Assembly: GCA_937888635.1 (NCBI GenBank)
Contig: CALARG010000021.1
Location: 1-61,258 of the forward strand
DNA: 61,258 nucleotides
DNA from: an uncultured Alphaproteobacteria bacterium
GTDB lineage: Bacteria; Pseudomonadota; Alphaproteobacteria; Rs-D84
Direction of reading: 5' to 3'
Shown here: piece after piece, positions 44,747-54,211 of the stretch
How positions within the stretch are numbered: position 1 is the first letter of the stretch
Layout: every line of letters begins with the position of its first letter
The notes under the pieces: model-generated
Database searches by the model: none
Seen by the model: the letters and a program-made list of their open reading frames with translations, nothing else
Told to the model about the DNA's origin: nothing
Made by a program: the position numbers and the translations under genes

Positions 44747-45106
44747 TTAAAAGAAATTTTGAACACAATCCAAGGAACCACCTTCACCGATCATGCTCAT
44801 AAAAATACTTAAAAGCGTACCAATACCGAACAGCAAGAAAAAGCCAATCAACATACCAACACCTTTTTCCTTAACCTCTTTTACAACATCTACGGATTTA
44901 CCACCTGAAATATATCCCCATGCCCATCCTGCAATTGTCACACCCGCACCAATAAAGGCCAACATTTGCAACAATTCAAATATAGAACCAAACTCCGCGC
45001 CCATTTTGCACAAAGCATCCTTCATATTACTATCCAAAGCCATAGCAGGCGCAGATGCCATGATACCAACAATTGCAAAATTTAATTTTTTAATCAGTTT
45101 TTTCAT
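44747..45106 (-). CDS. Small exported two-TM protein with VirB2/TrbC-pilin-like topology (function uncertain)
   Basis: Start trimmed to MKKLIKKLNFAIVGIMASAPAMA. Mature part has two hydrophobic helices separated by a charged loop (SGGKSVDVVKEVKEKG). No other T4SS genes are nearby. Confidence 0.35.
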   Translation of the reverse strand: MKKLIKKLNFAIVGIMASAPAMALDSNMKDALCKMGAEFGSIFELLQMLAFIGAGVTIAGWAWGYISGGKSVDVVKEVKEKGVGMLIGFFLLFGIGTLLSIFMSMIGEGGSLDCVQNFF

Positions 45107-45175
45107 ATAAAACCCCTTTATCCTTTTCCATAATCTTATCACAAAAAACACATTATTTCAAATAATATTAATAAT

Positions 45176-45198
45176 AAAAAACCCGCCATTTGGCGGGA
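45176..45198 (-). terminator. Rho-independent terminator after the lipoprotein gene
   Basis: CCCGCC-ATTT-GGCGGG with a T-run on the minus strand. Confidence 0.65.
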
Positions 45199-45203
45199 TA
45201 GAT

Positions 45204-45560
45204 TTATTTTACAAAAACATATTTCTTTTTTGTTGCACATTTATTGCACTTTGCACATTTTGGTGCATCTGCCACTGTCGCAGCCGCCGGCACCAAAATC
45301 TGGCGTGCATTTGTTGATGCAACACCCATATTATCGCGCAAATATAAATCACGACACATTGTATTGCGATAAACAATCTTTTTATCCGTATTCAGCGAAC
45401 GAATATCATCAGAATAATGGCGACCGCGTTCCGCCGCATAGAAAATACAATCTTCGCCATCTTGGGTATAACGAACACCGCCCTTGTAATAATCAAAATA
45501 TGTTGAACAGCCTGTCAAAACCGCCAAACCAAACAACGCAAACAAAGTCTTTTTCATCAC
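45204..45560 (-). CDS. Lipoprotein (118 aa), unknown function
   Basis: Lipobox LAVLTGC after MMKKTLFALFG. Confidence 0.6.
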   Translation of the reverse strand: MMKKTLFALFGLAVLTGCSTYFDYYKGGVRYTQDGEDCIFYAAERGRHYSDDIRSLNTDKKIVYRNTMCRDLYLRDNMGVASTNARQILVPAAATVADAPKCAKCNKCATKKKYVFVK

Positions 45561-45707
45561 TTACACCTTTTATGTAAAACTGTGCGTTCTCTGCCCGTCC
45601 CCCGATTCGGCTTAATTGTTGCACAAATCCGCGCCCTGTCAAGATTTTGTATTAAAAAACCAAAAAAACATGCTATAATTCAACCAAAGAAAAAAAAGGA
45701 AAGTCTG

Positions 45708-46652
45708 ATGACATATACTGAATTGGGACTGGTTAATACAAACGAAATGTTTCGTGATGCAATCGCACGCAACTACGCCGTACCTGCATTTAACTTCTAT
45801 AACATGGAAACATTACAGGCGATTTTAAACGCCGCCCGCATCACACACAGCCCCATCATATTGGCGGTATCTGAATCTGCATTAAAATATATGGGCGCAG
45901 ATATGCTGGCTGGAATGATACGCGGTGCAAACATTTCGCCCGACGATAAAATTGCACTGCACCTGGATCACGGAACCAGTTTTGACGCATGTGCACGCGC
46001 GATTGAAATCGGATTTTCATCCGTCATGATTGATGCCAGCAAATTACCATTTGACGAAAATGCCACACTTTCACGCCGCGTCGCAGAATACGCCCATAAA
46101 TATAATGTATCGGTTGAAGCAGAACTGGGGTTACTGGCGGGAATAGAAGATGAAAACACAAAATCTGATTTTTCCAGTTATACAAATCCATCAGATGTTG
46201 AAAAATTTGTAAACGCAACTGGCATTGATTCACTGGCAATCGCAATCGGCACCAGTCACGGCGCATACAAACGCAAAAAAGAAGACGAAGAACTGCGTTT
46301 TGACATACTGGCCAATGTTGCCACGCGCCTGCCCGGTTTTCCTTTGGTATTACATGGCGCATCAAACATACCACAAAAACTAATAACAACAATTAATGAA
46401 TTTGGTGGCAAATTATCTGGCGCGCGTGGTATTGATGAAATCCAACTGCGCCGTGCAACAAAAATGAATATATGTAAAATAAATGTAGACAGTGACCTGC
46501 GCCTGGGCTTTACCGCCGCAGTACGCAAATCATTATATGAAAAGCCGGAAAACTTTAACCCACGTGAATTCTTATCCCCCGCCCGCGACACCATGACCCA
46601 AATATGCATTGATGAAATCCGCAATATCATGGGATCCGAAGACAAAATTTAA
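45708..46652 (+). CDS. fba: Class II fructose-bisphosphate aldolase
   Basis: YAVPAFNF.., HLDHG, SVMIDAS, VEAELG, GTSHGAY motifs. Start trimmed to MTYTELG (ATG 45708). TGcTATAAT lies at 45671-45679. Confidence 0.92.
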   Translation: MTYTELGLVNTNEMFRDAIARNYAVPAFNFYNMETLQAILNAARITHSPIILAVSESALKYMGADMLAGMIRGANISPDDKIALHLDHGTSFDACARAIEIGFSSVMIDASKLPFDENATLSRRVAEYAHKYNVSVEAELGLLAGIEDENTKSDFSSYTNPSDVEKFVNATGIDSLAIAIGTSHGAYKRKKEDEELRFDILANVATRLPGFPLVLHGASNIPQKLITTINEFGGKLSGARGIDEIQLRRATKMNICKINVDSDLRLGFTAAVRKSLYEKPENFNPREFLSPARDTMTQICIDEIRNIMGSEDKI

Positions 46653-46820
46653 AAATTAAAGATAATGGTATAGATATGGACAGTGCCGTCCCCGTAGTGT
46701 ACAAACGCTACATTAGTCCCTTGCAAGGCGTTTAAATAAATTAGAATGGTTTAGATATGTAAAAATCCGTTGGCGTAGTGTACATAACGCTACATGAGCC
46801 AACGGATTTTCGCATAGATG
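46652..46820. repeat. Two copies of the hairpin-repeat family between fba and trxB
   Basis: 46652-46706 is identical over 55 nt to 60829-60883. The second copy has a 10-bp outer stem ATCCGTTGGC (46765-46774) / GCCAACGGAT (46798-46807) around core 46775-46793 plus ATGA. Confidence 0.65.
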
Positions 46821-46825
46821 AACTA

Positions 46826-47725
46826 TTATAATTTATTTAAAAATGCGACAGCGTCCATTCCCACTTCACACCCCGTCCCCACTGCGGTGGCAATTTGCAT
46901 CTTCAGCCCACTGCGAACATCGCCGGCAACAAACATACCAGATGGCAACGCATCGGGTGCCAGACGTCCCAGCGCATCGCGCACAATATCTTCGGTTAAA
47001 AAGTCTGTATTGGCTTCGTGTCCAATTGCAACAAAAACACCATCAACAACCAATTCTGTGCCATCTGTTGTGGTCACAATTAATTCACCATCTGCCGAAT
47101 CTGGCTTTTCTGCAATTTTTGCCAATTCTGTATTAAACAGGCATTCTATGTTATCGCGCGCCGCAACGCGTTCACGCAATACGGCCTCGGCCCGGGTAAA
47201 GGCATCTTTGCGATAAACAATTTTAACTGTTTTTGCCAAATCCGCCAGGTATAACGCATCGTTCAGCGCACTGTTTCCCCCACCTAAAACGATAACTGTT
47301 TTACCACTGTAAAAGAATCCATCACATGTCGCACAATATGAAACACCACGCCCCATTAATTCGCGCGCACCTGCGACCTCTAATCTTCGTGGCGACGCAC
47401 CGGTTGCAACAATAACTGTGCGGCTGGTAAATTCACTGCCATCATCACAGGTGATAACAAATCCATTTTCCGAATCGCCCGAAACATTTGTCGCAGACAA
47501 AAATTCTACCTGGGCACCAAATGTTTCACACTGTTTCTTCATAAATTGCGCCAATTCCAAACCACTGCCGGCCCAACCCGGATAATTTTCCAACACCGCA
47601 ATTCCTGCGGTCTGACCGCCCAATCTGTCACCGCCCAGAACCAATGTCTTTTTATTTGCACGCGCTGTATATAATGCCGCCGTCAATCCTGCCGGTCCCG
47701 AGCCCAATATAATAACATCATACAT
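46826..47725 (-). CDS. trxB: Thioredoxin reductase
   Basis: GSGPAG FAD motif and redox CATCDG. Start trimmed to MYDVIILG. Confidence 0.93.
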   Translation of the reverse strand: MYDVIILGSGPAGLTAALYTARANKKTLVLGGDRLGGQTAGIAVLENYPGWAGSGLELAQFMKKQCETFGAQVEFLSATNVSGDSENGFVITCDDGSEFTSRTVIVATGASPRRLEVAGARELMGRGVSYCATCDGFFYSGKTVIVLGGGNSALNDALYLADLAKTVKIVYRKDAFTRAEAVLRERVAARDNIECLFNTELAKIAEKPDSADGELIVTTTDGTELVVDGVFVAIGHEANTDFLTEDIVRDALGRLAPDALPSGMFVAGDVRSGLKMQIATAVGTGCEVGMDAVAFLNKL

Positions 47726-47956
47726 GACAACCTTCCTTTTCTTGTTTGGCCACACGATACAAAATACGCACTAAATATGCAAATGAAATCGTTGCATTTA
47801 AGATATGATTAATTTATAATCCAATCAATATGACAATGAAATTTTCATTTTTCAGTCGCACTTCATCCCCGTTGGGGGAATAATTTGTCACACAGATATT
47901 TTTAAATTCAAAATTTCAAAAACAACACTTCAATTATTAAAGAAAGGTAAGACATA

Positions 47957-49234
47957 ATGCTTGATATAAAATTCATTCGTGAAAATCCAGATGCCGTAAA
48001 ACGCGCATGCGAATTAAAAGGCTTTACAGATTACACCGACCAGATTCTGGAACTGGACGCACGCGTTCGCGAACTAAAAACAGTTACCCAGTCCAAGACC
48101 GCAGAAAAAAATAAAATCACACGTGAAATTCCAACCGCCACGGACAAGGCACCACTGATTGCTGCGTCCAAGGCAATTGCAAACGAAATCGCAAATGACA
48201 TGGCGGAACTGGATGAAAAAGAAAAACAATTAACAGACCTGCTGCACCGCGTACCACAAATTCCATCTGATGCGGCACCAATCGGCCGTGACGACACCGA
48301 AAATGTTGAGGTTCGCCGCGTTGGCACACCACGCGAATTTGATTTCACACCACGCCCCCAGTGGGATTTACTGGAAATGAACGGATGGTGGAAACCTGAA
48401 AAAATCGCATCTATCTGTGGCACACGCACATACGCCCTGTTTGGCGAAGCCGCCGAATTAGAACTGGCAATTGAAACATATGTTTTGCAAAAATTAATGG
48501 GCAAAGGCTTCACATTCGTCAGCTGTCCATCAATCACAAAACCCCAAACAATCTTTAACGCAGGCCACTTTATGGGTACCGACCCATCTGTTATGGCAAA
48601 CGATGTATTTATGTTAACTGATACAGACCGTTGCCTGGCGGGCACCGCAGAAATTATCTTAAATTGCCTGCACAGTGACGAAGTCCTGAACGAAAAAGAT
48701 TTACCGATAAAGTATGCAGGTTTCTCGCCCTGTTTCCGCAAAGAAGCCGGCGCCGCCGGTCGTGACACCCGCGGAATCGTGCGTATACATCAATTTAACA
48801 AGGTTGAACAATACATATACTGCACCCCTGAACAGTCAGACGAAATGCACGAACATCTGTTGAACAACCTGTGCGAAGTTATGGAAGACCTGGAATTACC
48901 ATACCGCGTTATTGCCGCCTGCACAGGTGACATGGGCTTTAACAAAGTAAAAATGAACGATGTAGAAGCATGGTTCCCCAGCGAAGGCGCATATCGCGAA
49001 CTGGGCTCTTGTTCATCAATTGGACAATTCCAGGCCCGCCGCACAAACACACGCTATCGCGACAAAAACGGCAACATGCAATTCTGCGCAACATTGAATA
49101 ACACAGGTATTGCCCTGCCCCGCGCAATTGTACCGGTAATTGAAAACCACCAAAACCCAGACGGGTCAATTAATATCCCCAAAAAACTGCAACCACTGAT
49201 GGGTGGCCGCACAAAAATTGGTGGTAAACACTAA
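47957..49234 (+). CDS. serS: Seryl-tRNA synthetase
   Basis: MLDIKFIRENPD..., coiled-coil arm, class II motifs (FRKEAGAAGRDTRGIVRIHQF; GTGIALPR). Confidence 0.96.
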   Translation: MLDIKFIRENPDAVKRACELKGFTDYTDQILELDARVRELKTVTQSKTAEKNKITREIPTATDKAPLIAASKAIANEIANDMAELDEKEKQLTDLLHRVPQIPSDAAPIGRDDTENVEVRRVGTPREFDFTPRPQWDLLEMNGWWKPEKIASICGTRTYALFGEAAELELAIETYVLQKLMGKGFTFVSCPSITKPQTIFNAGHFMGTDPSVMANDVFMLTDTDRCLAGTAEIILNCLHSDEVLNEKDLPIKYAGFSPCFRKEAGAAGRDTRGIVRIHQFNKVEQYIYCTPEQSDEMHEHLLNNLCEVMEDLELPYRVIAACTGDMGFNKVKMNDVEAWFPSEGAYRELGSCSSIGQFQARRTNTRYRDKNGNMQFCATLNNTGIALPRAIVPVIENHQNPDGSINIPKKLQPLMGGRTKIGGKH

Positions 49235-49235
49235 A

Positions 49236-49266
49236 AGAAAAAAACGCCCAAACGGGCGTTTTTTTA
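49236..49266. terminator. Bidirectional terminator
   Basis: ACGCCC-AAAC-GGGCGT flanked by A7 and T7. Confidence 0.75.
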
Positions 49267-49821
49267 ATGCGCAAATGTTCGCTTGATACCCTTCCACATT
49301 TCCCACACCGCCATATTACTTTTTTTAGAATATTTTTTACTTTCTATTCTTTCACGCATTGCGAAAATTTTGTTTGCGATTTTATCCGCTTCTGCAACTT
49401 CGGCCTTGTCTTTGCTGGTGCGCTTATACTCCCATTCTTGAACCAGCGCCAACAAATCCCTCAGCAATTCGCGCGCAACAGAACCACGACTATGCATAAA
49501 TAATGGATATGCCTTTAACTCAACCTCGTGCGCGGGGCCACCCACTATATACGCAACCGCCTTTCTGTCTTTTGACTTAAATCCACCCTGTTTCTGATAA
49601 TCGCGAATTCTTTTTTCCCATTCCTGCTCGGTATTGGCGCGTGAAAAATAATCCTGTGGTCTGTTTGCCACATTCTTCAAATATACCTGTGCACGCCCCG
49701 CTTTGTAATGGTTTGTTTTATCTAAATTCTTCCAAACCACGGCCAACTCTTCACGCGCCATTACCAAAATATCACGCAAAGATATCTTAATCGCCCGATA
49801 GACTCTTGATGCATCCGCCAT
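49264..49821 (-). CDS. Hypothetical helical protein, tandem paralogue A (185 aa)
   Basis: SD AAGGTG. Weak shared motifs with the two upstream genes (VYRAIK / VYLAIK; NRPQDY / KRPRVALEAY / DNPRQYADY). Confidence 0.5.
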   Translation of the reverse strand: MADASRVYRAIKISLRDILVMAREELAVVWKNLDKTNHYKAGRAQVYLKNVANRPQDYFSRANTEQEWEKRIRDYQKQGGFKSKDRKAVAYIVGGPAHEVELKAYPLFMHSRGSVARELLRDLLALVQEWEYKRTSKDKAEVAEADKIANKIFAMRERIESKKYSKKSNMAVWEMWKGIKRTFAH

Positions 49822-49839
49822 AACTACACCTTTTTTTAT

Positions 49840-50295
49840 TTAGCGTTGAAAAAACTTCTGTGCCAATTTTTTAAATGGACGCGCAATCGGATTTGAATTT
49901 TCCAATTCCAACTGATTGTTCAAGCGCTTTGATTCTGCGATAATCTTTTGCGCCTGCTTATCATTCTTTTCACCCGTCATCCAATGATCAATATATACAG
50001 AAATATTATGGAATTGAACATACAAATCATGATCACAACTGGCGCCTAAAATCCCCTCAACATCATCTATTATCTTATCAGAAATAGATTTTTTTCCGCC
50101 TTTATCCTTATATGCCTCTAATGCGACCCGCGGTCTTTTTATAATAATGTCTATATTTTCCATTGACTTTTTTACCATTGCCTGACTTTTTGGCAAAGAA
50201 CGTTTTGCCAACGATTTTTCTGACAACCCCTTTAATGCTGTAAATGCTGACTTGATTGCCAAATAAACTTCTGCATCTGAAAAATTATTACTCAT
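49840..50295 (-). CDS. Hypothetical helical protein, tandem paralogue B (151 aa)
   Basis: Start trimmed to MSNNFSD (SD AAGGAG 6 nt upstream). TGaTATAAT promoter lies right after the upstream terminator. Confidence 0.5.
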   Translation of the reverse strand: MSNNFSDAEVYLAIKSAFTALKGLSEKSLAKRSLPKSQAMVKKSMENIDIIIKRPRVALEAYKDKGGKKSISDKIIDDVEGILGASCDHDLYVQFHNISVYIDHWMTGEKNDKQAQKIIAESKRLNNQLELENSNPIARPFKKLAQKFFQR

Positions 50296-50323
50296 TTCAA
50301 ACTCCTTTTTCTGCAATTATATC

Positions 50324-50352
50324 ATAAAAAACGCCCAATTGGGCGTTTTTTG
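50324..50352 (-). terminator. Rho-independent terminator after paralogue C
   Basis: ACGCCC-AATT-GGGCGT with T-runs on both strands. Confidence 0.7.
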
Positions 50353-50353
50353 T

Positions 50354-50794
50354 TTATTTTTGTTTTACCTTTACCGCAAATGCTTCTGGTGACTTGAACG
50401 GAAAGATTAAATCTTTTAAGAAATTTGTTGAATTTTTATATTCAATTACCTTCAATACTTCTAATAAAACTTTTTGTGCCTCTTCCCGTTCCCAAGAATA
50501 TTGGCTGCTTAATTTGCCCATATTCCACAACACCTTGTTATACAGCAGAAAAGCACTATTATCCCTTGTTCCTGCCATAAATCCATCAACAACCGCATGC
50601 GATTCCAAGCCCGCCTTTACACGCACATTATAATCCGCATACTGTCTTGGATTATCCGAAATTGTCTGAACCGTCCTAATCGCATCAGATATATCTTTTT
50701 GAATATATTTATCCTTAGCGGTCTCGGCGCGTTTTTTCAGATACACAATACACTGTTTAAAAAACTTTTCTAATGTTTTGTCATAATCAATCAT
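50354..50794 (-). CDS. Hypothetical helical protein, tandem paralogue C (146 aa)
   Basis: Start trimmed to MIDYDK (SD GGAGA 5 nt upstream). TATAAT at 50825-50830 on the minus strand. Confidence 0.5.
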   Translation of the reverse strand: MIDYDKTLEKFFKQCIVYLKKRAETAKDKYIQKDISDAIRTVQTISDNPRQYADYNVRVKAGLESHAVVDGFMAGTRDNSAFLLYNKVLWNMGKLSSQYSWEREEAQKVLLEVLKVIEYKNSTNFLKDLIFPFKSPEAFAVKVKQK

Positions 50795-50932
50795 TTTGCT
50801 CTCCATTTTTTCATTACACAATATATTATAGACAAATTTTTCAAAATGTCAATATTTTACATAAAAAAAGTTGAAAATTCATATTTTTAGTTATACCCTA
50901 TACCCGATAAACAAAAATATGGGGTTTAAATT

Positions 50933-52765
50933 ATGAAAATTCGCAACATTGCAATTATTGCGCACGTTGACCATGGCAAAACAACATTGGTTGACAATAT
51001 GTTAAAACAGGCCGGCACCTTCCGTGACAACGAACGCATTGACGAACGCGTCATGGACAGTGGCGATATTGAACGCGAACGCGGCATTACCATTTCTGCC
51101 AAGCCTACATCAATTCAGTGGGGCGAATACAAAATTAATATCGTTGACACACCCGGGCACGCAGACTTTGGTGGCGAAGTTGAACGAATCTTATCCATGG
51201 TTGATGGTGTTGTCCTGTTGGTTGACAGTGCCGAAGGCCCCCTGCCCCAGACTAAATTCGTATTGTCCAAGGCCCTAAAACTGGGGCTACGCCCAATCGT
51301 ATGTATTAACAAGGTCGACCGCGCAGACGCACGCCCTGACGAAGTCTTAACCGAAACATTTGATTTATTTGATAAACTGGGCGCGACCGATTCCCAACTG
51401 GATTTCCCATATTTATATTCTGTTGGCCGTGATGGCTGGGCGGTGCGCGACCTGAACGATGAACGCAAAGACCTGACCCCATTGTTCCAACTAATTGTTG
51501 ACCATGTCCCGGCCCCTGATTGCAACGGCAGCCGTTGTCAACTGAACGCACCATTTACAATGCTGGCCACCACACTGGAAGCAGATCCATATGTCGGCCG
51601 TATTCTGACTGGCAAAATTGAATCTGGTACTGTTCGCGTTGGCCAATCGGTCAAGGCAATAAATCGCAACGGCGAATTTATTGAAAACGCCAAGATTACA
51701 AAAATCATTGAACATCGTGGCATTGAAAAGGTTTCCCGCGACACAGCATCTGCGGGTGACATCGTTGTCGTCGCCGGCTTTTCCAAGGCAACCGTGGCAG
51801 ACACCCTGTGCGATCCATCGATCACCGAACCGATTCCTGCAATGCCAATTGACCCACCAACCCTGACAATGACATTTTTTGTAAACACATCACCTTTGGC
51901 GGGTAAATCTGGCAAGAAATTAACATCACGCATGATTGGCGAAAGATTATTTAAAGAAGCCGAAACAAACATCGCATTAAAGGTTGAACAAAGTGAAAAC
52001 AACGAAGCGTTTGAAGTTTCTGGTCGTGGCGAATTGCAGTTGGGTATTTTAATTGAAACAATGCGTCGCGAAGGCTTTGAATTATCTGTATCACGCCCAC
52101 GCGTTGTAATGCAGACAAATGAAAATGGCGAAAAACTGGAACCAATAGAAGATGTCGTAATTGATGTTGACGACGAATTCAGCGGTGTTGTAATTGAAAA
52201 AATGACCAAGCGCAAGGCAACAATCACCGAAATGAAGGCATCAGGGGCTGGCAAAACACGCATTGTATTTTCTGCCCCATCACGCGGATTGATTGGATAC
52301 CTGTCTGAATTTCGCACTGACACGCGTGGCACCGGCATTATGAACCGCGTATTTGATAAATACGACACATACCGTGGCGCGATTCAGCAATATCGCCCCG
52401 GCGTTTTGGTATCAATGGAAAAAGGCGCGGCCGCAACATATGCACTGTTTAACTTGCAACCACGCGGCACACTGTTCATTGACCCCCAGACCGAGGTTTA
52501 TTCCGGTATGATTATCGGTGAACACAGCAAAGAAAATGATTTAGAAGTTAACCCAATCAAGGGCAAAGAATTAACAAACATGCGTTCAGTCACAGCCGAT
52601 GAAAAATTATTCTTGGCACCACCGCGTCGCATTTCACTAGAAGAAGCCCTGTCCTATATCTTGGACGATGAATTGGTTGAAATCACACCTGATACGATTC
52701 GTCTGCGCAAAAAAGAACTGGACAGCAACACCCGTAAAAAATTAAAGAAGCATACAGAAGAATAA
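50933..52765 (+). CDS. typA: Translational GTPase TypA/BipA
   Basis: [32 protein letters not shown] and the BipA C-terminal domain. Confidence 0.95.
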   Translation: MKIRNIAIIAHVDHGKTTLVDNMLKQAGTFRDNERIDERVMDSGDIERERGITISAKPTSIQWGEYKINIVDTPGHADFGGEVERILSMVDGVVLLVDSAEGPLPQTKFVLSKALKLGLRPIVCINKVDRADARPDEVLTETFDLFDKLGATDSQLDFPYLYSVGRDGWAVRDLNDERKDLTPLFQLIVDHVPAPDCNGSRCQLNAPFTMLATTLEADPYVGRILTGKIESGTVRVGQSVKAINRNGEFIENAKITKIIEHRGIEKVSRDTASAGDIVVVAGFSKATVADTLCDPSITEPIPAMPIDPPTLTMTFFVNTSPLAGKSGKKLTSRMIGERLFKEAETNIALKVEQSENNEAFEVSGRGELQLGILIETMRREGFELSVSRPRVVMQTNENGEKLEPIEDVVIDVDDEFSGVVIEKMTKRKATITEMKASGAGKTRIVFSAPSRGLIGYLSEFRTDTRGTGIMNRVFDKYDTYRGAIQQYRPGVLVSMEKGAAATYALFNLQPRGTLFIDPQTEVYSGMIIGEHSKENDLEVNPIKGKELTNMRSVTADEKLFLAPPRRISLEEALSYILDDELVEITPDTIRLRKKELDSNTRKKLKKHTEE

Positions 52766-52792
52766 AAAAATCCCCCACCAGGGGATTTTTTT
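52764..52792 (+). terminator. Rho-independent terminator after typA
   Basis: ATCCCC-CACCA-GGGGAT followed by T7. Confidence 0.7.
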
Positions 52793-52943
52793 GTTGTAAG
52801 TGTAAGTTGCAAGTGGCCAGTATCGGCAAAAAACACCACACACCATCACCCCCAATTCTGCCCGTCATACCGGCGACGGCCGGTATCCATTGCCCCGCAG
52901 GGACCAACACTAACCACTTACAACTTGCAATACAACTTACAAC
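52793..52943. mobile_element. Short MITE-like element related to 26565-26958
   Basis: Imperfect GTAAGT-rich inverted ends (GTTGTAAGTGTAAGTTGCAAGTGG / CCACTTACAACTTGCAATACAACTTACAAC). Sub-terminal CCAGTATCGGCAAAAAA matches the inverse of 26920-26935. The interior unit GTCATACCGGC..GCCGGTATCCATTGCCCCGCAGGGAC is the inverse of 26671-26710. Confidence 0.55.
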
Positions 52944-52944
52944 T

Positions 52945-52971
52945 AAAAAAAATTCCCCCAAACGGGGGAAG
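52945..52971 (-). terminator. Rho-independent terminator after dnaN
   Basis: TTCCCCC-AAAC-GGGGGAA with T8 on the minus strand. Confidence 0.7.
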
Positions 52972-52973
52972 TA

Positions 52974-54092
52974 TTACATCCTCATTGGCATCAAAACATA
53001 CAGCGCGTCTGTATCTTTATCAACCGAGTTTATTTTTGTTGGTGCCAATGGATCCTGCATTTCCATCTGGAATTTTTCACCTTCTACCTGGCCTGCAACA
53101 TCCAACAAGAACTTTACATTAAACACAACTGTAAACGAACTGTCGCCATTGTATTCAATATCTAATTCCTGGGTTGCAGTTCCTGCATCTGGACTGGACG
53201 CATTAATAACCAACTTGTTCATACTGAATGTCAACTGAACAGATTTTGTTTTATCAACACTGGCAACCGAAACCAAGTCAACTGCATTAATAAACTGTTT
53301 TCTGTCCAGAATTGCAATCTTGTCATTACCCTTTGGAATAACAACGCGATAGTTTGGATATTGTGCATCAACCAATTTACTGGTCAATGTTGCAGAACCA
53401 ACTGTGAAACGCGCCTTGGTATCTGACAATTCAACCATAACATCATCAACATTGGCATCTTCTAACAATTTTGACAATTCACCAATCACACGACGTGGCA
53501 AAATAACCGATGGCATTTCTGCACTGCCCACCGGTGCAGGCATCGCACACAACGCCATACGCTGGGCATCTGTTGCAACCGCAGTCAGTTTTTTCGCATC
53601 GCCTTCATCTGCGATATGAAAATAAATCCCCCCCAAATGATAGCGCACATCATCTGTTGGAATTGCAAACTTTGTCTGATTAATCAGATGCGCCAAATCC
53701 CCCGTTGTCATCTGGAATTTAGTTGTCAAATTACTGCCCGCCATTGCTGGGAAATTTTCTGCCGGCAATGTTGGCAAACGAAATACCGCACGTCCACTGG
53801 ACACAACCAACTGGTCCCCAGACTGTTTAAAAGAAATTTCTGCATCATCTGGCAATTTACGAACAATATCATACAACATCTGAACTGGCACAGTAATCTT
53901 GCCCCCCAGTGTGATATCTGCCGCCACATGTTCAACCAATTCCAAATCTACATTGGTTGCCGACAATATTAAATCATCTGCTGCTTCTATTTTAACATTC
54001 ATCAAAATTGGCAATGTTGCGCGCTTTTCTACAATAGACTGCATATGCCCCAGCGCACGTATCAATACCTGACGAAACACTGAAAATTCCAT
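52974..54092 (-). CDS. dnaN: DNA polymerase III beta sliding clamp
   Basis: 372 aa. MEFSVFRQVLIRALGHMQSIVEKRATLPIL... and C-terminal ...YVLMPMRM are typical of DnaN. Confidence 0.93.
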   Translation of the reverse strand: MEFSVFRQVLIRALGHMQSIVEKRATLPILMNVKIEAADDLILSATNVDLELVEHVAADITLGGKITVPVQMLYDIVRKLPDDAEISFKQSGDQLVVSSGRAVFRLPTLPAENFPAMAGSNLTTKFQMTTGDLAHLINQTKFAIPTDDVRYHLGGIYFHIADEGDAKKLTAVATDAQRMALCAMPAPVGSAEMPSVILPRRVIGELSKLLEDANVDDVMVELSDTKARFTVGSATLTSKLVDAQYPNYRVVIPKGNDKIAILDRKQFINAVDLVSVASVDKTKSVQLTFSMNKLVINASSPDAGTATQELDIEYNGDSSFTVVFNVKFLLDVAGQVEGEKFQMEMQDPLAPTKINSVDKDTDALYVLMPMRM

Positions 54093-54146
54093 AATACTAC
54101 TCCTGTTTCCTTATAAAATTTGTGTGACCTACACTCTTTTACCCCA

Positions 54147-54176
54147 ACTTTACCAAAAAACCCCGATTCGGTGCAA
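54147..54176 (-). promoter_or_regulatory. Putative dnaN promoter with a GANTC palindrome in the spacer
   Basis: Minus strand reads TTGCAC-CGAATCGgggttttttgg-TAAAGT (18-nt spacer). CCGAtTCGG spans 54163-54171. Confidence 0.5.
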
Positions 54177-54211
54177 GACCAAAAGCACCCCAAACATCAC
54201 AATACAAAATT

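Noticed and set aside
45561-45707. A GANTC-palindrome promoter for fba or the lipoprotein gene at 45602-45610.
   Set aside because: The CCGAtTCGG palindrome is present, but I could not place acceptable -35/-10 hexamers at the spacing seen in the other five cases. It is recorded only as a motif occurrence.
47756-47956. Possible T-box, riboswitch or leader element upstream of serS, and other RNA genes (tRNA, rRNA, tmRNA) in intergenic regions.
   Set aside because: I could see no specifier/T-box or known riboswitch core, and no cloverleaf-like GC-rich segments or TTCGAAT-type T-loops in any spacer. Only small hairpins are present. A covariance-model scan would be needed to be certain.
48031-48768. 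245-aa ORF antisense to serS. Similar long antisense ORFs lie at 51538-52368 (typA), 36038-36514 (parE), 41550-42146 (dprA) and 54120-54740 (cdaA).
   Set aside because: Each overlaps a strongly supported conserved gene on the other strand. They are Ser/Arg/Pro-rich shadow frames with no start context.
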